Origin: Eledone cirrhosa
Lineage: Eukaryota
Assembly: GCA_964016885.1 (NCBI GenBank)
Contig: OZ024757.1
Location: 35,712,001-35,776,000, forward strand
DNA length: 64,000 nt
Direction: 5' to 3'
Part shown: piece by piece, positions 27,607 to 38,881 of the stretch
How the letters are laid out: each line of letters starts with the position of its first letter
How positions within the stretch are numbered: the stretch's first letter is position 1
The notes under the pieces: generated by a model
The model's input: only the letters and a program-made list of their open reading frames with translations
Told to the model about the DNA's origin: nothing
Database searches by the model: none
Program-made: the position numbers and the translations under genes

Positions 27607-27985
27607 ATCCCCTCTCTCTTTCTCTCCCCTCTCTCTCTTGTTTCATCCCTCACCCTCTTGTTTCATCCCCCTCTCTCTTGTTTCATCCCCCTCTCTCCCT
27701 CTCTCTCTCTTACCCTCTCTTCCTCTCTCTTCCTCTCTCTCTCTCTCTTCCTCTCTCTCTCTCTTTCACACTATCTCCAACTCGTTTCATCACTCTCTCC
27801 CCTCTCTCCCCTCACCCTCTTGTTTCAACTCTCTCCTCGTTTCAACTCTCTCTCTCTCCTCTCTTGTTTCAACTCTCTCACCTCTCGTTTCAACTCTCTC
27901 TCTCTCTCGTTCCAACTCTCTCTCTCTCTCACCTCTCGTTACAACTCTCTCTCTCTCACCTCTCGTTACAACTCTCTCTCTCTGT
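16930..27985 (+). repeat. Hierarchical composite satellite, block 3 (forward)
   Basis: 46-bp arrays at about 16930-17205, 19456-19768, 21434-21885, 24531-24899 and 26461-26820; ends in the same divergent edge zone as block 1 (27555-27985). Confidence 0.95.
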
Positions 27986-28189
27986 GTCTCCAATGTGTAA
28001 TAAACCGTGACTCATATATATATACAGAAGAATGTACATAAAAACACATACATACACGCATGTGTATATATATATACATACATGTGTCTCTCTCTCTCCC
28101 TATATATATGTACATATGTGTAAATATGTACATACATATTAGTGTATATATATTGCTATCTATATGCATATTTGTATAATTATACTGTA

Positions 28190-28360
28190 TGGTGAATTGG
28201 CAGTATCGGTAGAGGGTCTGACGCCATGCTTTCCAGCATAGTTACGTCCCTTTACGATCCGAGGTCAACTTTGCCTTTCATCCTTACGGGGTCGATAAAA
28301 TAAAGTACCAGTAATGTACTGGTTAATTACTGACCTTGTGCCTAAAATAGAAACAATTAT
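28190..28360 (+). mobile_element. tRNA-derived SINE fragment (duplicate of 5432-5602)
   Basis: Same sequence as 5432-5602. Confidence 0.75.
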
Positions 28361-28914
28361 TAGTTCAAAGAGAAACCACCATCATAGAGAAACCACCATC
28401 CTACCTGAAATATTATGTTATCATATTAAATATTTCTTATACTGTCATGTTTTTTCTTTAAAACGATTGCATCTCAATAAAGTGAAGAAAACTATTATAT
28501 ACTGTTGTTATATCATTATACTTTAGTTTTAACTTATTATTTCTATGTGTATAAATATAATGTATGTAAGTGTGTTTGAAAATATATAATAATAATATGC
28601 ATGTTTGAAGCAGGGTTCAACGGAAATATCTACACCGGTAACTTAATTAGTGTTACACCTTAGGCATAAACTATTTGGCATTCTTTGAAGGAGGTACTAG
28701 GTTTGTCGCTGTCTTAAATGGAGTATACACGCGCACACGATGCATATATATAACTTGTTTTTCTCTGTACAAAGAGATTGACATCATTTCTTAAATCATT
28801 ATTTAGGGTTTTACAACAAAACATATTGTATGTGTAATTATACAAATTGAATTTAAGTATTTATTTTAAAATTTTACATATTCTTTAGTAGTATATATAT
28901 ATATATATATATAT

Positions 28915-29815
28915 ATTCATTTGTGATGCCATGCATTGTATTGTACACTTCGACATATGGATTACATTCATGCAACACCTCTCTTATCATAGCCATTTTT
29001 TGTCGTGAGCAGTCATTATTTGTTGGTACTAGGGCGGTGGATTGGCAGTATCGGTAGAGCGCCAGACACCATGCTTTACAGCATAGGGTTATGGCCCTTT
29101 ACGTTCTGGGTTCAAATCCCTCCAAGGTTGACTTTGTTTTCATCCTTATGAGGTCGATAGAATAAAGTACCAGTAATTGCTGGCCTTGTGCCAGAAACAA
29201 TTATTTGGTTGTACTTCCAATCTGTGCTACATACCTTCGTTCCCATCAATAATATATAACTGGCCATATTGTGGTGTATTTTCTGCAGGTTACAGAGATG
29301 GGGGTGTAGTGATATGTTTGAACCTGAATATGAAAGCTATACGGGCCTCTGCCGGGTGGTAACACCAAATGAAGTGAAATAAATGGAGTTTTAATTGCAG
29401 ATGTTTCTGTGAAATCAACTGCTTCCTGGCCTCTTTCAAAGAGATTTCTCAGTCTCTCAGGGTATATTTGCAATGGTGGCAACACAACCTTTCCTTTATT
29501 ACAACAGTTACAATTTTCATTTCTAAATTTCAAAGCTCCACAGTGATCACACGAAACATTCATATCACTAATATGAAATTCTTCTACATTTCCATTAATA
29601 TTAATTGTTGGCCAATTTCTCTTACGACGCTCATTATCCATTCTTCTCTGTCTGAATGTTTTCCATTCTGTTGTTTATTATGTAATTAAATAGCTCTGTA
29701 CAATACATAGAGCACTCTTCTTTTCTTTACCTTTTCTATGGAAATACAAGAAAAAACATATAAATATATATATATATGTATATACATAAACAAGACTGTT
29801 ATTGCTCCAACCAGT
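28915..29815 (-). pseudogene. Helitron Rep-helicase N-terminal fragment, copy B
   Basis: ORF 29246-29641 is nearly identical to 6490-6927; same SINE insertion; about 30-bp deletion near 29668 between ATTCT microhomologies. Confidence 0.85.
29032..29199 (+). mobile_element. tRNA-derived SINE in Helitron copy B
   Basis: Same element and flanking direct repeats as 6276-6443. Confidence 0.85.
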
Positions 29816-29959
29816 CTATTTACCTTAGATAACTATCCTAAATATAAATACACCTATACCATACATACATATATCATATATGTTTTTGATGCCGTGGTAT
29901 AGCAGAGATAAGCAAGAAGAGAAAAGAAAATGAAAAGGAGAAAAAAAAGAAGTAAGAAG

Positions 29960-30250
29960 TCGGGGGAGGGACAGACACTTCACCCCAGTCTAAGTGGTCC
30001 CTCAGCCGCAACCTGTGGAAGAAACGTAAAAGCGTTACCTCGGAGCAAGGCCAGAGACACCTGCTACAATAGTCGCCCCTCCTCATGAGGTTCCTGTCAT
30101 CTTTCCTCCCGACTTTATGGAGGAAATCAGCAGTACAGGGACCAAGTATGGCAGAGGTCTCAATGGAGTGGAAGAGGTGAGTCAGGCCTTGGTACTATCT
30201 TACTATCCTCTGCATTGCGGGGTGTGGAGCCTAGGTTTGTGGCTGTAGCT
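29960..30250 (-). mobile_element. Degenerate 3' end of a CRE-like (RLE-encoding) non-LTR retrotransposon
   Basis: Manual minus-strand translation gives IETSAILGPCTADFLHKVG and QVSLALLRGNA, matching the ETxGxLGP and SLAIxRGNA motifs of the other copies in this window. Confidence 0.6.
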
Positions 30251-30324
30251 ATATTTGAACTTTTATATGAAATTTCAGTTTTATATTTTTCACATCATAA
30301 AACTTAATCTTAGTCTTTTGCAGA

Positions 30325-30465
30325 TCATCTTGTTTCATCTCGCAGCACACGATTTGGGAACCACTGCTCTAGAGATAGAAAAAGTATATTTTATGCAGGG
30401 ATTCCCTGAGACATAAAAACTATTTCAAGAGATCGACATGGGTAGAAAGGTTGAGAAATGCTGCA
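30325..30465. mobile_element. hAT-like MITE terminal remnants
   Basis: TTTGGGAACCACTG followed by CTCTAGAG, and AAGGTTGAGAAATGCTG, resemble reverse-complemented hAT/Charlie CAGTGGTTCCCAA-type termini; repeated at about 32845-32985. Confidence 0.45.
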
Positions 30466-30901
30466 CAATGTTCTTTGGTTTTTGTTCACCTTTAAATAAT
30501 CATGTATAAAATATCGGGTGTGCAAGATTTCATGAAAAGGTATAACATTATTTATGCTGGTCTTGCAGGGACTAGCTCCAATTGATTGTTAAAACAATTG
30601 ATTAAATAATAACTAAATAAAATTAATTCTACAATCCTGGATAGGGAATGAACTTATAACTTCATAATAGAAGCCATCTATTCGAGCAGTATTGCCATCT
30701 AAGCCACCAGGTTACTTACAGAACTTCATTCAAATATAAAATATAAAATATATGCCAGACATAGTGAGTTGGAATCTGACTGATTAGTTGGTCATTGTCC
30801 CAGCCAACAGTTTAAATCGCCAACCAGTAGGTGACATCGACTAGGTTGGGAAAACTTGGTTAAGTAGCTCCAGTTATTGCTACGTTAGACATATTCAAGA
30901 C

Positions 30902-31003
30902 TTATCGACACCGAATGGAAGAAAGGTAAAGTTGAACTCAGAGTAAAGAACTGGAAAAATACTGCAAAGAATTCTATCTGATGTTCTAACAATTCTACCA
31001 AAT
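30902..31003 (-). mobile_element. SINE fragment, reverse orientation
   Basis: Reverse complement reads TGGTAGAATTGTTAGAACATCAGA...GTTCAACTTTACCTTTCTTCCATTCGGTGTCGATAA, similar to the SINE body at 5432; paralogs at about 33583-33685 and 44200-44310. Confidence 0.6.
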
Positions 31004-31091
31004 TACCTTATGTATATATATTTATATCTAGAGATAAGAAGAAAACTGAAAGAAAGAAAAGAAAAAAAATGAGACCTTATATGTAACCCAT

Positions 31092-31890
31092 GTTACAACT
31101 CGATATATATATATTTGGGTTGTAACATATTCCCGCCGGTGAAATAAAAATTTTAATAGAAAAACGGCGGGAATATATGTTACAACCCAATCTATATATA
31201 TTTGAGTTGTAACATATATTCCCGCCGTTGAAATAAAAATTTTAATAGAAAAACGGCGGGAATATATGTTACAATCCAATCTACATATAATTGGGTTGTA
31301 ACATATATTCCCGCCGTTGAAATAAAAATTTTAATAGAAAAACGTCGGGAATATATGTTACAACCCAATCTATATATGTTTGGGTTGTAACATATATTCC
31401 CGCCGTTTTTCTATTAAAATTTTTATTTCAACGGCGGGAATATATGTTACAACCCAAATATATGTAGATTGGGTTGTAACATATATTCCCGCCGTTTTTC
31501 TATTAAAATTTTTATTTCGACGGCGGGAATATATGTTACAACCCAAATATATATAGATAGGGTTGTAACATATATTCCCGCCGTTTTTCTATTAAAATTT
31601 TTATTTCAACGGCGGGAATATATGTTACAACCCAAATATATGTAGATTGGGTTGTAACATATATTCCCGCCGTTTTTCTATTAAAATTTTTATTTCGACG
31701 GCGGGAATATATGTTACAACCCAAATATATATAGATAGGGTTGTAACATATATTCCCGCCGTTTTTCTATTAAAATTTTTATTTCAACGGCGGGAATATA
31801 TGTTACAACCCAAATATATGTAGTTTGGGTTGTAACATATATTCCCGCCGTTTTTCTATTAAAATTTTTATTTCAACGGCGGGAATATAT
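31092..31890. repeat. Tandem array of nine 89-bp palindromic units
   Basis: 26-bp inverted arms GGGTTGTAACATATATTCCCGCCGTT / AACGGCGGGAATATATGTTACAACCC around a 22-nt AT-rich loop, plus a 15-nt spacer; unit starts at 31117, 31204, 31293, 31382, 31471, 31560, 31649, 31738 and 31827. Confidence 0.97.
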
Positions 31891-31947
31891 ACCCTGAGAG
31901 ACTGAGAAATCTCTTTCAAAGAGATTTCTCAGTCTCTCAGGGTATAT
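31887..31947. other. Perfect 61-bp fold-back palindrome
   Basis: ATATACCCTGAGAGACTGAGAAATCTCTTT-C-AAAGAGATTTCTCAGTCTCTCAGGGTATAT: 30-bp perfect arms with a 1-nt loop. Confidence 0.97.
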
Positions 31948-32335
31948 TTGCAATGGTGGCAACACAACCTTTCCTTTATTACAACAGTTACAATTTTCAT
32001 TTCTAAATTTCAAAGCTCCACAGTGATCACACGAAACATTCATATCACTAATATGAAATTCTTCTACATTTCCATTAATATTAATTGTTGGCCAATTTCT
32101 CTTACGACGCTCATTATCCATTCTTCTCAGTCTGAATGTTTTCCATTCTAAGTCTATTTGCATGGAATAATTATATTCTGTTGTTTATTATGTAATTAAA
32201 TAGCTCTGTACAATACATAGAGCATTCTTCTTTTCTTTACCTTTTCTATGGAAATACAAGAACAAACATATATATATATATATATATATATGTGTGTATA
32301 TACATAAACAAGACTGTTATTGCTCCAACCAGTCT
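31911..32335 (-). pseudogene. Helitron N-terminal fragment, copy C
   Basis: ORF 31873-32163 matches copies A and D up to RLRNLFER, then runs into the hairpin. Confidence 0.85.
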
Positions 32336-32479
32336 ATTTACCTTTGATAACTATCCTAAATATAAATACACCTATACCATACATACATATATCATATATG
32401 TTTTTGATGCCGTGGTATAGCAGAGATAAGCAAGAAGAGAAAAGAAAATGAAAAGGAGAAAAAAAAAGAAGTAAGAAGT

Positions 32480-32770
32480 CGGGGGAGGGACAGACACTTC
32501 ACCCCAGTCTAAGTGGTCCCTCAGCCGCAACCTGTGGAAGAAACGTAAAAGCGTTACCTCGGAGCAAGGCCAGAGACACCTGCTACAATAGTCGCCCCTC
32601 CTCATGAGGCTCCTGTCATCTTTCCTCCCGACTTTATGGAGGAAATCAGCAGTACAGGGACCAAGTATGGCAGAGGTCTCAATGGAGTGGAAGAGGTGAG
32701 TCAGGCCTTGGTACTATCTTACTATCCTCTGCATTGCGGGGTGTGGAGCCTAGGTTTGTGGCTGTAGCTA
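32480..32770 (-). mobile_element. CRE-like retrotransposon 3' fragment (duplicate of 29960-30250)
   Basis: Near-identical to 29960-30250. Confidence 0.6.
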
Positions 32771-33218
32771 TATTTGAACTTTTATATGAAATTTCAGTTT
32801 TATATTTTTCACATCATAAAACTTAATCTTAGTCTTTTGCAGCTCATCTTGTTTCATCTCGCAGCACACGATTTGGGAACCACTGCTCTAGAGATAGAAA
32901 AAGTATATTTTATGCAGGGCTTCCCTGAGACATAAAAACTATTTCAAGAGATCGACATGGGTAGAAAGGTTGAGAAATGCTGCACAATGTTCTTTGGTTT
33001 TTGTTCACCTTTAAATAATCATGTATAAAATATCGGGTGTGCAAGATTTCATGAAAAGGTATAACATTATTTATGCTGATCTTGCAGGGACTAGCTCCAA
33101 TTGAGAGTTGTACCAATTCCCACTAAACTCGAAACTCCTGGACAATATATACATATCTTTATAAGTTCCTGTGTATTGTGTCGTTGTATAATGAAACATA
33201 AATATATACCATGCATGT

Positions 33219-33464
33219 CAGTCAGATTTGAACTCACTATATTTGGCGTTTTATAGATATAATTTGTTTGTTAAAACAATTGATTAAATAATAACTAAAT
33301 AAAATTAATTCTACAATCCTGGATAGGGAATGAACTTATAACTTCATAATAGAAGCCATCTATTCGAGCAGTATTGCCATCTAAGCCACCAGGTTACTTA
33401 CAGAACTTCATTCAAATATAAAATATAAAATATATGCCAGACATAGTGAGTTGGAATCTGACTG
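33219..33464. mobile_element. Probable MITE with imperfect 29-bp terminal inverted repeats
   Basis: CAGTCAGATTTGAACTCACTATATTTGGC pairs with GCCAGACATAGTGAGTTGGAATCTGACTG; CAGT start is Tc1/mariner-like, but there is no clean TA target duplication. Confidence 0.5.
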
Positions 33465-35119
33465 ATTAGTTGGTCATTGTCCCAGCCAACAGTTTAAATC
33501 GCCAACCAGTAGGTGACATCGACTAGGTTGGGAAAACTTGGTTAAGTAGCTCCAGTTATTGCTACGTTAGACATATTCAAGACTTATCGACACCGAATGG
33601 AAGAAAGGTAAAGTTGAACTCAGAGTAAAGAACTGGAAAAATACTGCAAAGAATTCTATCTGATGTTCTAACAATTCTACCAAATTACCTTATGTATATA
33701 TATTTATATCTAGAGATAAGAAGAAAACTGAAAGAAAGAAAAGAAAGAAAAATGAGACCTTATATGTAACCCATGACCAGGATTGAAACCAAAACCATGA
33801 CTACCACCATCTCTGGTTTCACCCACCAGACCACCATGAAAGATACAAAAATCTGCTTTTTTAATATTTATAAGCCTACTTTCAATATTAAAGTAATTAA
33901 CATGTGGTGTTGTTCATGCCTTTCTCTATGTTATTGGTAAAAAATAAAGTATTTAAACCTCAAATTTTGTTATTCAAATATGCTTACTTATGTAATTATA
34001 AATGTTGCAGAATACACACACATATATAGATGTGAAAATATTCAGGACCCCAACGGCTGTGCTACTGCCGTTTCGACATCTATATATATATCTTTTAGTC
34101 CTAGGCTCTTTCAGCGCAGAAAGAATTCTCCAATGATCACAACCAGTGGAAGCACTTTAGTTTAATTAGATTAGCGGCGGCTTTTTCGAGTCTGAGGTTG
34201 ACTGCCAGATATATATATATATATTGTTATACTTTGCTAGAATCCCGGAGAACAACAGAAAAATGATGAGTTCAGAGTTTAAAAAACAACAGAAAGAACG
34301 GCATAAATAAATATATATCAGTGGTTTAAAACCTACTCTGCACCATGCCCCACCTCGACATTTAAGATATGTTTATGCCCCCCTTTTAATATAAAAACAA
34401 TCCGAGTCTTGTAAAAGTGTTATTACTGTAATATAAAGTAGAAACCCTTTATTTAAAGAAGGCTACGATGCAGCGATGATCAAAGCAGAGCCAAAAATGT
34501 AAACAAATTTCTCGCAGGTGCTGCCAGATACACGATAACATGTGTAGACGAAGTGTAACAGGGAGTTGGGTCGTATTATATCACTTTCAAATTGACCCCT
34601 ATTATATTCAAATTATCCCCTGTGGGGCGTGCACCCCACGTTGAGAATCCCTCATAAATAAATATATGTGAGTGTGTTGCTATGACTGCTATTTCTCGCA
34701 GGTTTACTGCAGTCCTGTAGACGCACACCAAAAACCGGAAGTGGCAGCCATTAAAAAACTTTGGCTTAAAATCAGTGAAAAGTTTTTAAACAATAGAAAA
34801 TTTAATGTAAACAAACCAGGGTGTTTTTGCCAAGAAAGATAACTCTTGCCTTACTTAATCGCAAAAATCGAGATAAAAATTTTGCGGGTGTGCAGTTTAC
34901 ACGCTAGGAATAACCTGCTAGAAATAGCAGTCATAGCAACTCACATATATTTATATATCATATATATATTGCGGCTGTGCAGTTGATTTGGTCTTGTTTG
35001 CTGGTATTTGACTGCTATTTCTAGCATGTATGAACACTTTAGAAATAGCAGCGAAACACGGAAAACATCAGAAAGAAGGACACACACCTATATATATATT
35101 TTGGATATGTGTGTGTTTG

Positions 35120-35127
35120 TTTATATG

Positions 35128-35158
<31 letters not shown>

Positions 35159-35203
35159 ATATATATATATGTATGTATGTATATATATATATATATATGT
35201 ATG

Positions 35204-35281
<78 letters not shown>

Positions 35282-35312
35282 TTATATATATACATATATA
35301 TATATATAAATA

Positions 35313-35352
<40 letters not shown>

Positions 35353-35380
35353 CATATATATATATATATATATACATATA
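35120..35380. repeat. (TA)n microsatellite at the palindrome centre
   Basis: About 260 bp of TA with TATG/CATA interruptions that are arranged roughly symmetrically. Confidence 0.95.
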
Positions 35381-36083
35381 AACAAACACACACATATCCA
35401 AAATATATATATAGGTGTGTGTCCTTCTTTCTGCTGTTTTCCGTTTTTCGCTGCTATTTCTAAAATGTCCATACATGCTAGAAATAGCAGCAAATGCGAC
35501 CAAACAATCTGCACGCCCGCAAAATTTTTGACTCGATTATTGCGATCAAGTAAAACAAGAGTTATCTTTCTTGGTAAATTGTTTAAAAACTTTTGCCTGA
35601 TTTTAAGCCAAAGTTTTTTAATGGCTGCCACTTCCAGTTTTTTGGTGTGCGTCTACAGTACTGCAGTAAACCTGCTAGAAATAGCAGTCATAGCAACACA
35701 CTCACATATATTTATTTATGAGGGATTCTCAACGTGGGGCGCACCCCCCCACAGGGGATAATTTGAATATAATAGGGGTCAATTTGAAAGTGATATAATA
35801 CGACCAAACTTCCAGATACACATGTTATCGTGTATCTGACAGCACCTACGAGAAGTTTATTTACATTTTGAAGTTTGTTTTGATCATCGCTGCATCGCAG
35901 CTTTGTTTAAATAAAGGGTTTCTACTTTATATTACAGTAATAAAAGTTTTACTTCGTCTACACATGTTATCGTGTATCCGGCAGCACCTATGGGCTGTTT
36001 GTTTACGTTTTGGTGTTTATTTTGATCATCGCCCACATCGCAGGTTTGTTTAATTAAAGGTTGGGAGGGGGATCACTGATATA

Positions 36084-36124
<41 letters not shown>

Positions 36125-36344
36125 TACGCAAAGACACATACATATATATACATACACGCAGACATACACCTGTGTGTATGTGTGTGTGTGTGTCTTTGGC
36201 TGCTCTCTCTCTCTCTCTCTCTCTTTCTCTCTGTGTATATATATACAGACACACACTGTTGTTTCCTGATTTTTAGCTGCTGTTTCTAAAGTGTCTATTA
36301 ATATATGCTAGAAATAGCAGTCAAGGGAACATTTACGTATATAT

Positions 36345-36740
36345 ATGTAAGGGCAGTGACACCTGCTGCAACAGCCATCAAACCTCGTGGGACTCCATCC
36401 TCAGACGGGCCACAAACACTCCGATCTTGCGGAGGAGCTCGGCTGTAATGGGTCCAAGTAGGCCTGGGGTCTCGACGGTGTCTGGTGCGTAGAAGAAGCT
36501 CCAGGACAAACACCGGAATTTGTTTATTTTATGTTCATCTGCGAGAGGGGCAGCGATGCTGGGGTTTGTGGATCTACCTCCTTCGAATGGGAAGAGGGTG
36601 ATTCCCTCGGGGTGCTTGCCATCTCCGCGGCCTAGGCCTGCTGGCTCCAGTTGAGATGGAAATTCAGCTGCGTCCAGGCTTCTTCTCACTATGTCGTTGA
36701 GAGCATTTATGTGGCTCACACACGCGGAGGCCAAGGCGTT
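36345..36740 (-). mobile_element. CRE-like non-LTR retrotransposon, RLE endonuclease fragment
   Basis: ORF 36378-36734 NALNDIVRRSLDAAEFPSQLEPAGLGRGDGKHPEGITLFPFEGGRS...VETPGLLGPITAELLRKIG is typical of the C-terminal restriction-like endonuclease region; internally deleted and frameshifted. Confidence 0.8.
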
Positions 36741-38129
36741 GGGCTACTCCGATGCGAGTTCACTCATCATCAAGAATTTATTTGAATTGAAAGGTCACTA
36801 AACTAATATAGGAGTGTGATTTAAAAATAAGGTAAACAGAAATAGTTACACCGGTAACATAATTACTGTTACACCGGTAGTTCACTCACAAATCATTTCA
36901 CGTTCGTCTCTAACAGGTAATGTTTTAATTTGCTCTCCATGTTGGGGAGTAACTGTAGTTTGGCTTGCTAGGGGGTCATACATCTTCATACACACACACA
37001 CATAATATATATACACAAAGTAAAAGAAGATAAACAAATATCAGAGGATTTGTCCGGCTTCTTCCTCTTGGCACCTGTAGCCACCATGACATAAGTATAA
37101 ATATATATATATATATACATATCTATCTATCTATATATCATCATTTTCATTTTACGTCTGCTTTTCCCTGTTTGCAAGGGTGGGAGATATATATATATAT
37201 ATATATCATCATCATTATACATCCACTTTTCCCCGCTTGGCAGCACCTACGAGAAGTTTGTTTTGATCATCGCTGCATCGTAGCTTTGTTTAAATAAAGG
37301 GTTTTTTCTACTTTATATTACAGTAATAACACTTTCAGAAGACTCGGATTGTTTTTATATTAAAGGGGAACATAAACATATTTTAGAGGAGGGGTGTGGA
37401 TCAGAAAAGTTTGGGGACCACTGATACACACACATATTTATTTACTATATATATAATATATACATATATATATGTCTGTGTGTGTATACTATATATATAT
37501 GTACAGGGAGGTGGAAGCATTTCATAATTTTTCTTGGGGGAGGCGGGGGGGGGTCCAAATCCCCCTCTTTATATCAATTAGCACTAACTCTCTCCCTCTC
37601 TATATCTACTACACGGCACTCTCTATATCAAGTAACACCAACCTCTCCCCTCTCTATATATTAAGCACTAAGTCAGGAATTTTTTTCGTCTTTCGTGCAG
37701 AGAGAAGAAAGTTGATTAAATCTATCCCGGTGAATTACTGGTATTTTATTTAATAAAAATTAAAATTTACTATTTGTCTTCGTTTAATTTTCGTTTTTCT
37801 TTACAAAGTTTCGTTTCGTTAAATGTCTCCGGAATTTGTTTTTACTTTTACCGGATATTGAAGGTGTAAACTTGGTGTTCTCTAGAAACGTGTTAGAAAT
37901 AATTTTCTTTTAATTGTGAAGAATTTAACCGCAAAGTAAGTTTTTTTTACTGTTTATTTGTGGCTGGGACAACATATGGTATGTGTTAATGTAAATGGTG
38001 AAGGTTTAAAGATTCTTTTTACAACTGAAAATCAGTTTGTTGTTGCTGCTAATTACTTAACACATGGAATAGATTTAAAAAATACAGGATTGTTTCTCGG
38101 AAGAGAGAAAGAGGAAAGAAAACAAATCA

Positions 38130-38440
38130 CAGAAGCGGGTAGCACACACATTTGGGACGACATACAACACATAAACAGGTAATCCACACATCTAGGACCA
38201 CATACAACACACAAGCGGGTATCACACACATCTGGGACTACATACAACACACCAGCAGGTAATGCATACATCTAGGACCACATAACCAGGTAATACACAC
38301 ATCTAGGACCACATACAACACATAAACAGGTAATACATACATCTAGAACCACATACAACACACAAGCAGGTAATATATACATCTAGGATCACATACAACA
38401 CACAAGCAGGTAATACATCTAGGACCACATACAACCAAAG
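38130..38440. repeat. Degenerate minisatellite of about 41 bp
   Basis: Unit like ACACACATCTAGGACCACATACAACACACAAGCAGGTAAT, about 7-8 copies; shorter paralog at 49090-49275. Confidence 0.85.
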
Positions 38441-38524
38441 GCAAGCGAAAGGGGTGGACAAACGAGCTGCTACTAGAGCAAAAGATAACAGTACCGCGAG
38501 GAGCACTGGGAAACCTCTCTAATG

Positions 38525-38735
38525 ATTTTTTACGCAAGCCAGCACGTCTGCAGCGTTACCTCGGGCGATGGCGAGGCTAAGGAGCTGGAACAACCAAGTG
38601 CCCTCACGAGCTTCACCAGTCACCTTCGTCAGACTAGCCGCCAGTGAAGATAGGAATCTCGCAGTCAGTATCCCGACTCTCCCAAACGCCACAGGCTGGA
38701 AAATGTAGTTGGCCGACAGATCACAGTATTACTTA
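38525..38735 (-). mobile_element. CRE-like retrotransposon 3' fragment
   Basis: Minus strand encodes VTGEAREGTWLFQLLSLAIARGNAA; paralog at 49360-49570. Confidence 0.65.
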
Positions 38736-38759
38736 ACAGTGATAGATATTCTGTCTAAA

Positions 38760-38830
38760 GGAGGGGCATGAAACAGGCGGCCCACGGGCCACAATCGAGC
38801 CCACCTGACCAGTCAGAGTGGCCCGCAATG
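38760..38830 (+). mobile_element. hAT-like terminal remnant leading into the 55-bp satellite
   Basis: GGCGGCCCACGGGCCACAATC (CGGCCCGCGGGCCAC in the paralog near 49615) resembles the GC-rich subterminal motif of hAT MITEs. Confidence 0.4.
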
Positions 38831-38881
38831 ACTGTTGTAGGCTTATTTAGATTTTTTTCCATACCCGTAATACTTCTGTTA

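Larger units (their letters stand above)
26460..29742 (+). repeat. Segmental duplication of about 3780-7015 (offset about 22.76 kb)
   Basis: Near-identical non-satellite sequence; paired ORFs 5208/27966, 5556/28314 and 6421/29177 give offsets of 22756-22758. Confidence 0.93.
31911..33775 (+). repeat. Tandem duplicate of 29431-31092 (contains Helitron copy C, CRE-like and hAT-like remnants)
   Basis: Near-identical sequence; this copy retains about 165 bp (33104-33268) and about 30 bp (near 32150) that are absent from the upstream copy. Confidence 0.93.
34319..37423. mobile_element. Long inverted-repeat (fold-back) element 1 with hAT-like ends and a (TA)n centre
   Basis: Left arm about 34319-35130 is the reverse complement of about 35370-35950 plus 37240-37423; begins CAGTGGTTT and ends GGGGACCACTG; right arm interrupted by about 36050-37230. 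Confidence 0.75.

Noticed and set aside
30329-30345. TTGTTTCATCTCGC in an hAT-like end as the origin of the CT-satellite word
   Set aside because: A single short match of 14 bp (plus its duplicate); cannot be separated from chance.
31092-31890. Palindromic repeats with spacers as CRISPR or bacterial REP/BIME elements
   Set aside because: Loops and spacers are near-identical rather than unique, and there is no prokaryotic gene context.
35008-35761. Tyr/Ile-rich ORFs on both strands
   Set aside because: Translation of (TA)n microsatellite and inverted arms.
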